Source: Tubiluchus corallicola (taxonomy: Eukaryota; Animalia; Priapulida). From it: 64,000 bases of DNA. This document shows positions 1 to 15,601 of this stretch, piece by piece (position 1 is the stretch's first letter; each line of letters opens with the position of its first letter). The stretch covers positions 1-64,000 of the forward strand of contig JAQGDQ010000089.1 of assembly GCA_030141605.1 (NCBI GenBank), read 5' to 3'. The translations under genes and the position numbers were made by a program. The notes under the pieces were generated by a model. The model did no database searches. It had not been told where the DNA came from and worked only from the letters and a program-made list of their open reading frames with translations.

Positions 1-421
1 TGAGAGTTTTTTGGATCCGAAAATTCTGTCCTTTCTGGTGTATGTTCTGTTTTTCAGAATTCATTTCAAAAGCAATGCATACTGTTGTCTTGGGTGCATT
101 TTCCAAAAGCACTTGAATTGCTTATTCAGGCCACTAATTTGTTGTAAACAACATTAATACTGAGTTTTTGCATTTGGGGTTTGAAAGTTGTTTTAAATAT
201 TTCTTGCATAGTTTAATTTAATTTGTCTTGTCATTTCTAATTTTTTAATACATATCTCAGCATCAGTTTTGCATGTTAGTAGTATAATACCATTAATTTA
301 GTAGTATAATACCATTATTAATGGCAAATGCAACAGAAAATGTGGGAATTAAATACGTACATGTAATGTGGTTTTTGTGAATTCATGAATTAGTGAATTA
401 AAACATATATGTGGTTTTCAG

Positions 422-481
422 ATTCACACGTCTCTTGTCAATGGAAGACCAGGAGTCAAAGGGCCAAGTAATAAACTAATT
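422..481 (+). CDS. LAMA1/2: laminin alpha exon (LN domain)
   Basis: ttttcag|[20 protein letters not shown]|gtaagt. Confidence 0.92.
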
Positions 482-3400
482 GTAAGTTTATCTGATCTGA
501 TCTTAGTAATACTGGCTTTTTATGTGAAAATTTGGCTTTTCTGCTATAACTGTTGAGTGCTGCCTATCATTGTTTTGGCACTTTTAGCACTTAAGATTTA
601 AGTTTATACCAGTTTAGTCAAATTTGACTAAGAAGAATTTCTAAATTCTGAGTTTTTGCTATAACGGGTTCTCATTACCATGCTAACAGCTTTTTTTTCT
701 TCTATGCTAATTCCATGTGTTTTTTCTCCAGGAATTCACGTCAGCTAGATATGTTCGTTTGCGGTTGCAAAGAATCAGAACCTTGTTAGGAGATTTGATG
801 TCAGTTTATGGCCAGAATGAAGTTGACGGAATTGTCTCTCGTCGGGTGAGTTATTCTTCTAATAACTGTTATCTGCTCACTCTTTCTGTGACTAAGCTTT
901 CAGTTAGGGTAGCAAAATTTTAAAGATAATATGTTTCCTCATACAATCTTGAACCACTTTGACTTTTTCATTATGACATCAGTTTACTTGGACTTATACT
1001 ACTTTGATATTAAAGAGGGAGTTCTTCACTGTTATCTTTAAGTGTGTATTTATAATTCTTTATCAGAAAACCCTTAATGTTGAGAAATATAGCTCATTCA
1101 ATATGCAGTGTTCTGTTTCAAAATGACTGTGTCAGTTCTAAGGTTACATTTTCATTTCTCACACTAGTAAAATGTTTTTTTTCGATGAAATCTCTTAATT
1201 CCACGCACTCCTTTTCCCTAAGCATAGTACACAAGGATGAGACAATTTTCTGGGTTGGTGGCTGGGTGATTTAGACTACAGATTGCATATAGGCTTATTG
1301 GTTGCAGTTTTGGGCTCAAGACCAGTGCCAGCCAATATCGGGGCATATACTCTACACATATATTTGTTAGTTGTGTGTTGTGTCCTTGTGTATTGCCGTA
1401 ACTGTCAATCACTAAATAGTCATTAGTGTTATTGTCCTGGAACCGTTAAATAAGTGATGGTATACAAATATTGTCTTTGTCTTCCTAGTGCAAAACTTTA
1501 TAATGTTTATACCTATGGCAATTTTTTGCAGCATTTTATTATTACATAGCTACATATTAATAAATAAGAGGCAATTGAGGGGTGCATTGTAATGAAACCC
1601 TATTGTGAACATATCAAGTTGAAGAGAAACCACGTTTTTTTCAGTATTTTTACTCTATCAAAGACATATCTATTGGTGGTCAGTGCATTTGTTTCGGTCA
1701 TGCGGATGAATGCCCATTCGACCGCTATGAACAGCAGCAGAAGTGCGACTGTCAGCACAATACATGTGGTGAAAGCTGTGAGAAGTGCTGCCCATTGTTT
1801 AATCAACAACCCTGGCGTCCCGGTACTACACTTGAAGGTGCAATATGTGAAGGTATGACACAATTATATATGTTTCTTTATCAACACGCATGCCTGGAAT
1901 GTGTAAACATAAGACAGTAAACTCATAGACTGTTAATTTATTATAAGTGTTAAAGGCCTATATAACTCCAACAGACATTGAATTTTTTTAACACATTATT
2001 ATGATGACACTAAGAATTCATAGTTATTATTAAACAAAAGAGACTTATAAATTAAATAACTTACCTTATTCTGGCAAATTTTAAACGCATACATTGCCAT
2101 AAAGATTACCATGTTTCACGTCTTTGGCGCAAGTGAGCAAGAAAGACGTACAAGGTACAGAAAGTGTCTTTGGTTACCGATGTTTGTTTACTGATCTTTG
2201 ATGAGCCTCCTGACTGTATCATAACGTCATTGGTCTCGCGCGAAGAAAAATGGCGGTTCTTCAAATTTAATACCGCTAACAACAAAGTGATAAAAAATCA
2301 AATGAAACAAGTTTTGCAGTAAGTTTTTTAATGAAATAAATTGATTATTCATAATGAGAGTAGGATTTTAAGTTTTAAAAACTTATATTATAGTGACAGT
2401 TTAGTTTGACTTTAAGTTAACTTACGTTTTACAAGCATTAATCATTGTGTGCGTTCTACTATTACATTTGATGTATTGTGTGGACTGTATTTGCTTTGAT
2501 AAAGTAAATCATTCAAATCAAAAATACTAAAAACACAGCTTGCTTCATTGTGCAACATCTGACATTCAAAGAGCTATGGATATTGCATTGATATTCATTT
2601 TGATATTACATAGAAATTTAACGTCACTGCATGAAATGTTGTAGTTTGTATTTGAAAGTGGCTCGGGTGCTTGGTACAAAATTAACAGTGCCTGTTAAAA
2701 AACATGAAAATATTTGAAGTGTAGCCCATTGCAGTAATTGTGGAGAAGCCACAGAGTGACAATGATAGTAATAATAGTTATGGTGAAAGTCAGGGCCGTT
2801 ATAATGTATGGACATGCTGGACAGTTGCCTGGGGGCCCCACTAGCGTTAGGGGCCACATGCCAGTTTATGTATGTTGTGACTTGTTGTCAATAAATAAGT
2901 ACTGTGCTAAACTAAATTATAAATATTTGTTATTGTGTTAAAAGTAGGCATTGGCATTCGCCTCTGATTTAGTATCATGGCCACTTTTGCAACCTCACGT
3001 GCATGTAGGTAGGATCCGACGGACTACATAACGTAAAAGCATATATTTTTTATTGAAGATTGTTGACAATTTGCATTTTTCTTCCTGTTATTGTTGTGCA
3101 GGTAGAGGTTGCGGTGCCTATAATGATATTAAGATGGCCCTGGTGAGAATTGCGAAGTAGGTTAACTAAGCATAGCTTATGAAATTAATCCACAGTTATT
3201 CAATGGTACTTAATTAGTACCTTAATTTGCTGATATGAGTAAACTACACTATAACTTGGAAATGTTGGATTAATTGGTAAGCAGTTAGCAATTAATAAAT
3301 TAAAATCATTCATGATCACTTGAGGCTGTGTAGTGTAGTGGCCACTCAGCTTGGAGTTCAAAGGTCCTTGTTTCAAATCCACGCACAGCCCGACTTTTTA

Positions 3401-6400
3401 GCGTTTCTTTCATTCTGTCGAGAATGTTTGCAAAATTTCAGTAATTATTTGTCCATTAATTAATAATCTTGAAATTATGAATGTAAATAATTAAAGATAG
3501 CAGTCTGTATCATGGAAGCGGTTTCATATTGCTGCACCATTTCTCAACCTTTAAAACCTTTAGCTTCATTGTCACAAGAGCTTCTGTTGGGCTTGTACGA
3601 CATATGTTTTAGTGGCTTAATAATCAGCTTTGTAATCGAAGTTTAGTTGTATGTAATATTCTGACACATGCAACAAGTTTTTTTATATCTATGTGTTATG
3701 TTACAGAATGTCAATGTTATGATCATGCTGAAGAGTGCGTGTACAATGAGACGGTCGCCTTGCAGAGTCTTAGTCAAGACAAGTCGGGGAACATGAAGGG
3801 CGGTGGAGTTTGCATCGACTGCGCTGTAATTACTTGTTTATGTTTGTTGCAAAATAGATATTTGCTTGTTAATCTAAGTAACCAAACATGTATGGGGAAA
3901 CTCCTACTTACAAATTTATTTTTTCCTCTTGCTTCTTATCTGCCGAATTCTCTCACAGAAAACTGTTGCCCTTTTAATTGCAACCTCACTGCTTTAAGAA
4001 AAATCTTGGCAGATATCATCCATCAAACATATTATCTAGCAAATTAGTTAAAAAGCATTTTACTGGCCTTTTTTACCCTAGGCTCTTGGACTAGTTTAGG
4101 AGAATTTGTTAAAAAAAATTCAATCGTTGTGGCTGTTAATGGTGAACTGCTTAACAGCTGAGTAGTATTGGCTTGTAAACTAAAGCTCCCTGGTTCAAGT
4201 TAAGTCTATGTGTCTACTGTCATACTTCAATTTAGAAATTAACTTGGCCTATTCATTTAATGTAAAAGTTTTACTTATTGCTTTGCAGTTTTAAATTCTA
4301 ACTTTCGTGCAGCATGTGGTATCATATTTTTTGTTATGACAGCCTTTTTGGTGTTCAACACTCGATGTTGTGGCAGGAGTGGAATCTAGCTCATTACCGT
4401 GACTAGTTCTCTAACGTGAAACACTGAACTGACTGAAGTGCCTTAACTGCATTCAGGCACATATAAGTTCTCTAAGTAAAGTCAATTGCCAAACGAAGCA
4501 GTATGAACTATCCAGAAGCCGTTTTCAGTCCCCCATTCATTTACTGACCAGGCTTTACTATGCTTCACTTCAGCTTCTAAGCATACACCACAACTTTTTA
4601 GCTATCCCATTCGCCCTTGTTTTATGACAGGTGCAGAAATTTGAAATTTTTGTCGTTGCATGCCTCATATTGAAAATTTAATCGCACTCCAAACTTGGGG
4701 TGAAATTGATGTCTTCCTTTTATATTTAGCATAACACCGCTGGCATCAACTGTGAAAAATGCCAGGATGGCTATTACCGGCCAGCCAGCACTCCTCAAAA
4801 CCATCCGGATGTGTGTCAACCATGCGAATGTTATGGATATGGGACAACTGGGCAGTGCGTGGCTGATGAAGACGGGGCACCTGAGGGTGCGGTATGTATT
4901 TTTAACCTGTTAAATGTATGTGCATATGTGCCATTTACTGCTACGAGTTGTTACTATTTGTACCGTGATAGTGTTCTTACTTTTGGGATCATGGTTTTGG
5001 CTTTTGAATCACATTAATGTCTTGCCAATACAAATATAATTTATGCATAGTTAATTAATTATAAAATTAGAAGTTAGTACTAATTTTTATAAGCTTGTTA
5101 TGCTGTGTATTACCTGCACTCATTGAATCTGTTTTCCTTTCTGAATCCTGCAATCATTTTACTATTACTTAGCTTATGCAAGTTGCAAAATAACCTCTCT
5201 TGCATAGATATTTGTATTACTTCTTGCCAATTAATGCAATATGGCACTCTCCACAATGAAGAACACCGAAGACTTTCCTCACAATCCATCCAGCAACATA
5301 AAACATGATGTTATCTATCATAGCATCAAGACCAATGTATAAATGACGAGGAAAAATGGCTCCTGTAAACGATCATCTATCATGACTGTGTTAGGTTCAA
5401 CTGGTGGCTCATCAAGAGTAAATAGCAGACATTTCCTCCATTGCTAGGCTGAAACCCATAGCAAATGGAAAGCCTTCTAAAAATGCTCTTAAACTGTTAA
5501 GCGGAAGGATTGTTGTTCCAACAACCTAGCAAACACCAAACATAAGCTCAGCGAATCGATGCAGTTCGCTGTATTACATTTAATCTGGCAACAGGAAGTG
5601 ATGAAAAAAGAAAACTGCGAGTTTCAGTCAGTTACTATAACTAAAACTCGTGTACATCATTTTACACAATAACTAACGAAAAACTCATAATATATATTCA
5701 TGTGTTATACTGTCTTCCTAACAGTATTGAAACTCAATTCTCAATGATCTTGGCTGAGTTTGTACGAAAGTCGGAATGGCTGCACCTACAGGATGCTCGG
5801 TGTAAATTCTAACATGGTGTCAATATCCACAGTGAAACCAATAACCTGGTTTTCTGTAAAATTAACCTTAAGTATCACAAATATGTTGCTCCGTGAGAAC
5901 TATAACTCTCTAATATTCAATAACATGGCAAATCAATAAAAACCAAAAAAATATCTGTTAAGAACAAAATCCAAGACGGAGGTCCTAGCAGAGAATTCCC
6001 ACCTCTTGTTTGTAAATGTAAAAGGTACTGCCATGTCTCAATCAGAAATTCCCGGAAGTGTGGCCAGTTCGCGCATAGGCACTTTGTACTCATTTGCATG
6101 GCAATTTCGACTATCGGAGATAACAAATAGCTTGTCGATTTTCTGCAACAGTTAAATAATGACTTTAAAAATCATTTGTTAATGAATGAACTGAGTCTTA
6201 TTTTAATTAACATTATTACTGACACTGAAAATGCAATTTGATTTTACTGCATATAAATGGGCAAATTCGATTTCATTCAATGTCAAAATCGGTAATTCAC
6301 TTCACTTCGAATATTAACTTTGCACAGGATGAATGGACAGCACATTGTTCATTAATGAGTGGAAAGTTCACTGTTGGCTTGTCCAGTTCTGTCAAAAAAG

Positions 6401-9400
6401 TTTTCTTCAAAATGGCAACTGCAGACACTCAAGTGAGCTCCTGATTGCCACACAGCTTGCCAGGAGCATCACTTCTATAAATCATCTTTCTTGCTTCAGC
6501 TTTTAGAAAGCTATATGTAAATTTTTTAAAAGCATAATTTATATTTTAAGATTTTCCAAAAGTTAATTTTTCGAGGAAAACTAATAAAACGATAGTTAGT
6601 CTGTGTGAGTGTTATAAGGTACCTCATTGGAGTCAAAGTCTCTGCCACCGATGCATTTGTTGGATTTGGAGGCAGCTTGAAAACATTGACCATACAATTT
6701 AATGGCATAGTCTACTTTCATTTAAAAATAGTATTTCAGATACTAAACTTTGTAGTCAGTCTTAAACTAAATTCTATATATAGTAAAAAAGTGAACAAAC
6801 TGTCAAACATGGACCGGTAGCCAAGTAAAATAATACAAATGCTTTCACATGCCCCTCATACCAAGAAACAAAGTTATGGTTATAATTTATTACACCTTGC
6901 TGGTAAAATATAATGTCATACATGTAGCACAGTTTTTATTTGTACAGTTGACAGTACAACAGTACATGACCATTTTACAAAATAATCCCAAATACTAGAC
7001 GAAATAAGCAAAAATGCGAGAAGAACACATGTAGTGATGTTGTAATCATGGCAAGTCCCACCGTAACATGGTGGCGCAAATATTCGTTGGCGGTGGCGCT
7101 ACATCCTATCTAGAGATTACGTTAGTAATATTATTAACTATGCTGTCTTTTGCTGAGCTTAATTGTCCCTTGGGAAGATTTTAGCATGAAAGTCGAGATT
7201 TTAGTGAAATAATTGAAAAAACTAAGCCAAAGAGAGTTTAAAATATCTTTTATTAATGTATTTCCAAAATCGTAGCTGATGTTTAACATTTAGGAGGCAT
7301 TAATCCATTTGTAGTGCGTACACAAGGTTGTGTTTTTATTTCACTCATGTTTTTTGTACCTTTTAATCGCAGCTTGAAATGACAATTGTAAAAAATTGTA
7401 TCATGCTCTTTGCACCATTTTTCTTACTGTTCTTGTGTGCAGAGTCCTGGTGATTGCATCTGCAAGGAAGGCTTTGATGGACCAAAATGTGATCGTTGCG
7501 CTTACGGCTACCGTGGTTACCCAATCTGCGAGGCTTGTCCATGTGATCCGGATGGCAGCTTAAACTATGATGTCTGCGAAGGAGACTGCGAGTGCAAGGT
7601 GAGACGTTGTAGCAATCTAATTATCGGAGTGATCTCAAAGTTTTTTCCGGCATTGTAATTACTCGATTGAACGAATCCACATTTATGGATTTTTTTCATG
7701 TTATATGAGAAAACTAACACTTATAAATATTGGAGTGGTTGGTATCCCATTGAGATTGAATTGAAGTGTTGCATAGTTTAATGATCTGGCAATGGACTTT
7801 GAAAGTATTTAGTCCCTTTAGTCCTGTTCGTCATCATCATCATTGATTGCTAATAACTAGTGTTATTTAATATTATTTGAATCTCATTTTGGTCATTAAT
7901 GCATGAACTATACTATATAACATTATTTCATATATGCTGTTATTTTTGTTACATCTTTCAGTTTCAATTTTTCCATTTCATTCAATTCCAGCCCAACCAA
8001 CTGTCAAGCACAAATTTAAGTTTTTGGGCATTCCACAACTTCGTACACAAGTTCGCAAAATCACCTGGCTCCCTTTATCATTAGCACCAACTGTGACACA
8101 ATTAGCAGTACAACTCTCAGCAGTACTCAAAGGTTGCCCTTATTTTTTTTAATTTTTGCCTTAATATTTTTGATATTTTGATTTCGACACCTAAAATACA
8201 AAAGTTTCTGGGGCATTAATTTGCCACCTGGAACTCCGTCAGGAATGAGGTGATCCCGGACTTACTACGTTCCATATTTATTTTTACGTCAAAATGTTTG
8301 CAGGTCTGGATTTCATGCTTTATTTGAGTTTAGTAGCAACAAATTTTGTTCATTTTTATGCTTTTGCTTTTCTGCTACTGCCATTAGCTCTAAATGCTAG
8401 TTCACTTTGGTTTAAACATAATTTATTGAAGATGTAACTTATGCTAGGTTTGAAACAGACAGTTTTACAACTGACATATGTTCTCCCCTAGTGTTCTCTT
8501 CTAGCTAGACAGATGCAGAACAGTGGTGACCACAACGTACAAAAAATGTTGCAATAAATATGAACATTAGTATGTAACAAGAGTAACAAAGTTAATACTA
8601 TTTAAAGTGCTTAGTGTTTGAAATAAAAGACTGCACTAAAACAAAAATTTGAGGGTTCACAGAATTATCTAGGGTATGGTTCCTGTTCAGTAACAAACGT
8701 ACAAGTTCATTTGTTGCAAGCCTGTAAACATTGACGTTAAAAGCTGACAAAAAAGTACAGAGATTTGTAAATAAGTCATGTCTGGCCTGATGGTAAAGAG
8801 GGCAGCTAATTAAGTAATGACCGACTGTTTCATAAGCAGAACCACATTGACAATTAGGTGATACCAGCGACCCGTCGTAATTTTTACTTTTTCTGAGGTG
8901 TAAATCATAATTAAGTTGACAAAAACCAACTTTTATTCTAGCATGGTGTGCAGATGAATTTCGAGTACCACTTATTATAATAATTTATCATTTATTATAA
9001 TTATTTATTGGAAAATTGGCATCGCTCATATATGTATTTTCACTCTTCTTTAGCCCAACACTTACGGTACTGGCTGCGAATACTGCCAACCTGGTTACTT
9101 CAACTTGGACAGAGACAATCCTGATGGTTGTGAGCCATGCTTTTGTTTCGGTGTGACTGAAGAATGTCAATCTGTTGACTGGGGAGCTGATAAGGTGAGC
9201 TAACATTTATGATACAAGTAGTATTTCTAGTAACTCAGTCTGCAAGATTGCGCCTTGCAAGCGCAAATCTCATCGTGGACTGTATATTTCTGTTTTTTTG
9301 TTCCTGAGAACAAAAGGATTTTAAACATTTGCACCATCGTTGAAGTGTTTTTGGAAGATTCCTGTCCCTTCCCGAACATGTTTCTTTTGCTGGCACAAAG

Positions 9401-12400
9401 ACATTTTCAGCTGGCTTGACTGCTATGGCTGCGACTCAGCTTTTGTTTTCTCACTGTGTCAACTACTTGGTCAAACTGAATCTTCTGAATCTGCTACAAG
9501 AGGCAAAAATTTGTTAGACCATTCGTCAAACGTTATGGTTTTCTACTCCACAATAGTGGACAGTGTATGAGCTGAGATTTTCCGGGAAGTTCCTTAACTT
9601 GTCCCATACTTTGAGCTGCTAAATTTTATTGTAAAAAAGATTGTAAACTATGACTCCGTTTTAGCTACCTGCGATTTGTTAAATATGCATATTATTCTTG
9701 TTTTCATCTGTATTTCTGTTTCATACAGGTTTTAATCAGTTTAAAAGGTTTTACTGAATATAACAGTAAGGTATGTAAGTAAATGGATCCTTTAAACACA
9801 AAGGCAGTATCATATCTGTTAATTTAACAACCTATGTTCTAAATGTAACATTGTTATTTAGAATAATTCCCTTTCTAAATAGGCCTATATCTAAAGCTGT
9901 TAAATAACTCCTTCAGTATTACAATCAAAACAATGATGTTTACAGAGAGGAGTTTGCTCGCATGTACATAGGTTGAGAGGTTGTGCGTGCGTGTTAGTGT
10001 TTGTGAGTGTGCGTGCGTACTTGCTTAGCATCGTCTTTTAAGTATGTTTAATCGGGTTTAAGTACTAACTATTATAATTATGTCAGTTTATTGTTTATTC
10101 ATCCATCTTCTTATTAATAGTCATCACAGTAGTAAATATTGGGATGGTTGACTCTATAACTTATGTTCATTCATCACCCCTTCATCTATATATAGTAATG
10201 AAAATTAATATTTTATGTTATATTTTGTTTCATTGTTTTACTAACATATGAAAAATAAACTAATTCTAATTCTCGTGTGTTTTTGTTTTGATGTTTTGCA
10301 GATAACACGTCTCAGCGGATGGTCTGTGACAGATCTTGAAGGTTCTCAGGTTGTCAATCCTGCTACAGAAAATCATCATTTAGTTATTTCAAGCTACGAC
10401 ACTTATGCTTTGAATCGGGAGGCATTCTACTGGATGGCACCGCTTGATTACCTAGGTGATAAAATAGCAGTGTATGGCGGCACTTTTGAATTCGTCTTTA
10501 TGTATGATAAACCTAGGGATAAAAGAGAGGATTATCTTTCTGGACCGGATGTTGTATTTGAGGTAGGAATTAATTTTTTACTTGCCTTGTTTATATAATT
10601 ATGTGAATCTGAGTGCAAAACTGCATGTTTTTTATTTGTTTTTTCTCGTATCGTCTACTTTCATTTTTAGTACTTCATTTTTACGTAGTTTATGAATTGT
10701 GAACAAAAAATTTGCCAATGCTCTATAAGGGTGAAATTAATTTTGTTGCAAAATAATTTTCCGTTAAGTGAAAGTTATACCGTACCCCATTACATATTTT
10801 GCATCTTTATTGTTCAGCAGATCTTTGCAACCTAAATCACTTGGTGTTTTTTATTTTTCCAAACTATTTTAAACTTCATTATAACATACATTTGTCTTTT
10901 TATTAAGTGCAAAGCATTTTTCATTAGAACTTTTATTTCAAGTAAGGCTTGATATTAACTGATATGATGGAAGAACTTCAGCACTTGCAATTTTCTGTGA
11001 GTTTTCTGTTTCCAGAGCGGTGATGTGAGAATAGGTTATGGAGGTCGATTCTACCGTGACAACTACAACGAGACTCTGGAAATTCCCATGGAAGAGGGAG
11101 AATGGAGGTTCCTGGATGAGCAAGGAAGCACTGGTCGTATTGTGGCCAAAAAAGACTTCATGTCTGTCTTACACAAGCTTGAGAGACTTTTACTGAGAGC
11201 TAGCTTTCACACTGAACAGACATCATCCGTGTAAGAAGATAATTTCTGTCAAACGGTTTTTTGCATTTTTTTGTTATTGTTCGCAAACTATATGGTATAT
11301 TTGATAAAGGGCTCGTTTCCTGACTCTGCTTTGCTTTAGTAAGTACAGTGGAATATCAGTTCTAAGACAAAATTTATTGTTGCTTCGCTGCAGTGACTAA
11401 GCTTACATGTTTGTAGCTGAGACGGGATTAGACACCCTAAACTCTACAGCTAGATTGAAACACTTTCAGGATGAGTTTCCCCAGTTAACAGATTTGTTTA
11501 GAAATGTTTTCTCGAATTTCTACGTAAGATTGCAAAGAATCCTTTTAATTTTATTAAGTTAAGTTGGCATTGGACTGTTAAGTTTTCTTAATTTATCAAT
11601 GTATTTACCAGGTTTAATGTTGCTAAACTTTGGAGGCTGCTGTTGATTTATAAATCATTCTTGTAGATATAGTGATTTAACTGTCAAAGTGGTAATGAAT
11701 TACTCCAAAATCATTTAACTTTCAATGTAGACATGCATTTCTACTTTCTATATGGTCATGTTGTAAGTCGATGATATCACATTTTGATTTTATGAACTTA
11801 TAAGACGGTGTTTGTTGCATTTTATTCACAGGTTACTCAGCGTTTCAATGGACATTGCAAACATGAACTCATCCAACCAGATTAAGATGAAGTCAGTCGA
11901 AGAGTGCATCTGTCCTAGTGGCTACTTAGGCCTGTCTTGTGAGGTGACAAACATATAGCTGTATTAGCTTATAAAAAACTAATATATATATTTTATTGAA
12001 GATTTTTATTACATGCAAGTGTCAATAATATATAAAAATAATATTTAGTGTAGTGTGACAAGACAAAGCATTTTTGCAATCTACAGTAATGCCTGGGAAG
12101 TCATTCAGTTAATAACTGCACAGTATTAGACATAATTTTTGTTTATTATGGTTATATTAATGGTGATAGATATTAGTCACTGACTGGGCATTTGTTTTTC
12201 CTCATGACTAAATAACTTGGTGATTTGAAACAAAATGTCGCTGTTCAGATGTTGGAACTAGCGGATTTTATTTGGATGTTTTTGTTGAGTAAGATGGTTT
12301 GAAAGGTTGTAATGACAATAAGATGTTATTGTTGTTGTTATAACAAAAGAATCTGATGTTCTTTTGCCTTAATTTAGCTTCCAGGAATTTGGAATTACAT

Positions 12401-15400
12401 TTGAATTACATACCTGGTGCGCAAGGTTTAGTGCTGAGATTCTAGTTGTCAAAATGCATCCTTCTACAATGAAAACTATTTATATTTACATGTAACATAT
12501 ACAAATTTAACTTGGTATAGCTGTTATAGGTAAAACATGTCATATTGCATTTTTATAGAAGTGTAAGAGAAGATTTCAAATAGCTCTATTGCTTTTTCTT
12601 ATAGGATCTTTATTTTATAAATATTTAGAAAGGTGCATGTAAAAAAGTAGTGAGTGGTAAATGTTTGAAAATAGCCCTCAGCTATGCTGTTATCTCTTTT
12701 TGACGAATGTAACTGAAAGCACGATGCTAAAAATCTCTCTGCTTGCTTGGATTTGCGATTGAGGAAGCTTGAGATAAAGATCCCTAATTTCAACGAACAG
12801 GTCCAGTAAAGACCAGGTGATGAAAATGTAAATGTCATGTGAACTCATTTAGATATAACAGAGAAGAACTAATGGAGCCCATTTTATGACCTAGGTTTGT
12901 GCCGTCTCTTTTTAACAGCTTAGTGACAAAAAATGCAATTGGTGGATGGCTGAGGGTAATAGTTATAAAGCAAAATAAGTATTGTACCTGCATTGTTTAT
13001 CCATTGTTTTTCAATTGTTTACAGGACTGTGCACCAGGCTGGAGACGAGTGAACGACACACTTTATGACGGGATTTGTGAACAATGTCATTGTTTTGGAC
13101 ACGCAGAATACTGTGACAATGCCGACGGTGCATGTTACGTAAGTTTAAAGTATATATATATATAAGAATTCTATGAATAATTGTTTCTGAGATGTATGTA
13201 TATGCGACTAAGGAATTTTGTTTATTATTACAATAAATGCCCTAAATTAAACTTTTCTTCTATGTAAGATCTGATAATTTTAGCTCTGCAGTGAAGGCAT
13301 TGGAACAAACTTCTGTGAACTTTTCAGGGTTGTCTTCATCATACTCGAGGTAAAAACTGTGAAGAGTGCGAGATTGGTTACTACGGCGACGCTACTCAAG
13401 GCACGGAATTCGATTGTCGACAGTGCGCCTGTCCACTTACGGAACCCAGCAACAACTTCAGTCCAACTTGCATCGCTCATCCGATGGATCCAGACCACTA
13501 CATCTGTGATGACTGTCCCATGGGTTATGCTGGAAACCATTGTGAGATGTAAGAATATTACTTTTGCATGTTCTGTGACTTATACATTAATCAAGAGCAA
13601 AATATATGTGTTATATACTGACTAAAAGGCTGTGTTTTAGTAGATAAACTAAATCTTTTCATTTTTTGCTTTGTTTTTTTGCGCAAATTGTAACCAACGT
13701 GTTGCAAACTGAAGGTTTCAAATCTATTGACATATGATGTGCATATTGACATAGTCACAGTGTGGTTCATGAAAAAGTGTGTGTGCCTATAAAAATAGTT
13801 TGCGAGTACTAAAATGGCAGACAGAAGCCGCGAAGAAGTCTTATTCACTCCAGTCCTTGAGAAAATATGGCTATAAAAACACTAAGAAATTGTCCCAAAA
13901 GATGATGTTGAATTACAAGAAATGGATTATAATAAATTTCAAAATTGCCCATCACTACATGCTACCTTATTCTAGAAAAGAAAAGCTTGTACTTTCTTGG
14001 ATAAAAGACCCTTTTTGTGTAAATAGCACTAAACTAGATTAATTGTCTAGAACTAGAACAAATTAGACTAGAATGTCTCTACTGCTTGTGTACCATTGCT
14101 TACTCTAAGAAGTTTTCTTTGCTTTATATGGGTTATTAGTAACTTTGTGTTTTGACTGTTTTCTAATTCGCTTTTTCCAGGTGTGCAGATGCTTATTTCG
14201 GTGATCCGCAAATTCCTGGTAACTATTGTCGACCATGTCAGTGTAACGGTAACGTAGATCCACACGCTATTGGCAACTGCGACCGTCGGTCCGGAGAATG
14301 TCTGAAATGTATAGCTGACACGGAGGGTTGGATGTGCGACCGGTGCAAGGATGGGTACTTTGGAACAGCAATCAACCACGATTGCTCGCGTATGTACAAG
14401 ACAATTTTACTTATGTAAATGTCAATAATTGCATGTCTGGATAGTGCAGACTAAAATCTAGGTCGCTAGGATAAACTTTTACTAAAGTTATATTGGTTAG
14501 CGCACAATGCATGTATGTAGCCGGAAAACGACAGATCAGTACATTTGTGCTTGTGTGTACTGCAACGAGAAACAAATCAGCAACTGATAAATAACTCTGT
14601 ATTTTTATTTATTTTATCTTACTCATGATTCTTTGCCATATTTGGCTACTATTATTTCTAACATTGGCTAATTACTACTTCTGTTTACTCTTGCTATTTC
14701 TATTATTTTGCATTGGTGGAAATGCAAAGTGCTTTAAAAATGGTGATAATCATAAACATTTATTTGATTAAAGGCAAGCATTTACAATCAGATGCCTCCT
14801 TTTTCCTAGATGAAATAAAAGCAAAACATCTTTCACAATCCTGAGCTTAAGAATGTACGGTAATGTGTTAACATGGTTTAGCAGTAAGACCTATTAAATC
14901 TGCATTCTTTGTGTGAACATAGCTCTTTTGCCTTTTTGTAGCATGTGAATGCAATGTTTATGGGTCGATCAGGACCGAATGTGATCGGAGAACTGGACAG
15001 TGTAAATGCAAGAAGAACATCGATGGCAGACGCTGCGACCGTTGCGCAGTAAGTACAAGAATTATTTAGCCAAATAGCATTGTAATTTTAGTTTTAAAGA
15101 AATATGCAAAGAAACAATGGTGCAAACTGCAAAGGTTGAAAAGGTAAAATCTGTAATACTTATGTCACTGCTGTTGAACCAGGTGTTTTCAAAAGCCTCA
15201 TTGCATAGTTGCTTAGACATCCCGGCTCACCATATCAGCTACAATGTTTAAATGTTTGCAATAACTGCATATATTATTTTTGTCATTGATGAATCACTTT
15301 ATTGCAAGAATTGTTGATAAATCACTTTTTTGCAGGCATTATATGGCAATCTAAGAGTTGGCTGTGAGCCATGTAATTGCAGTTCTGTGGGATCCGTATA

Positions 15401-15532
15401 CCAGCAGTGCGACTTTGAATCTGGCCAGTGCCAGTGCAAGCCTGGTGTGTTTGGCCGCTATTGCACCGCTTGTAATGAAGGCTATTATGGTTTTGGAGAT
15501 GAAGGGTGTTACTGTAAGTATTTAGGAAACCT

Positions 15533-15601
<69 letters not shown>

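Noticed and set aside
1592-1863. Overlapping 87-88 aa ORFs on both strands (and similar antisense ORFs at 13280, 14068, 18145, 50433)
   Set aside because: They are alternative-frame or antisense shadows of GC-richer laminin exons, with no independent protein signature.
1954-2411. Kolobok-like element (TTAA flanks, internal AAAATGGCGG)
   Set aside because: Terminal inverted repeats are too degenerate to support a call.
3324-3390. Functional tRNA gene
   Set aside because: D and anticodon arms are not well formed; treated as a SINE head.
15040-15345. Apparently short spacing CDRCA-ALYG suggesting a missing tiny exon
   Set aside because: It fits a C-x-x-x-Y-G-N variant of the LE motif; frame and cysteine pattern are intact.
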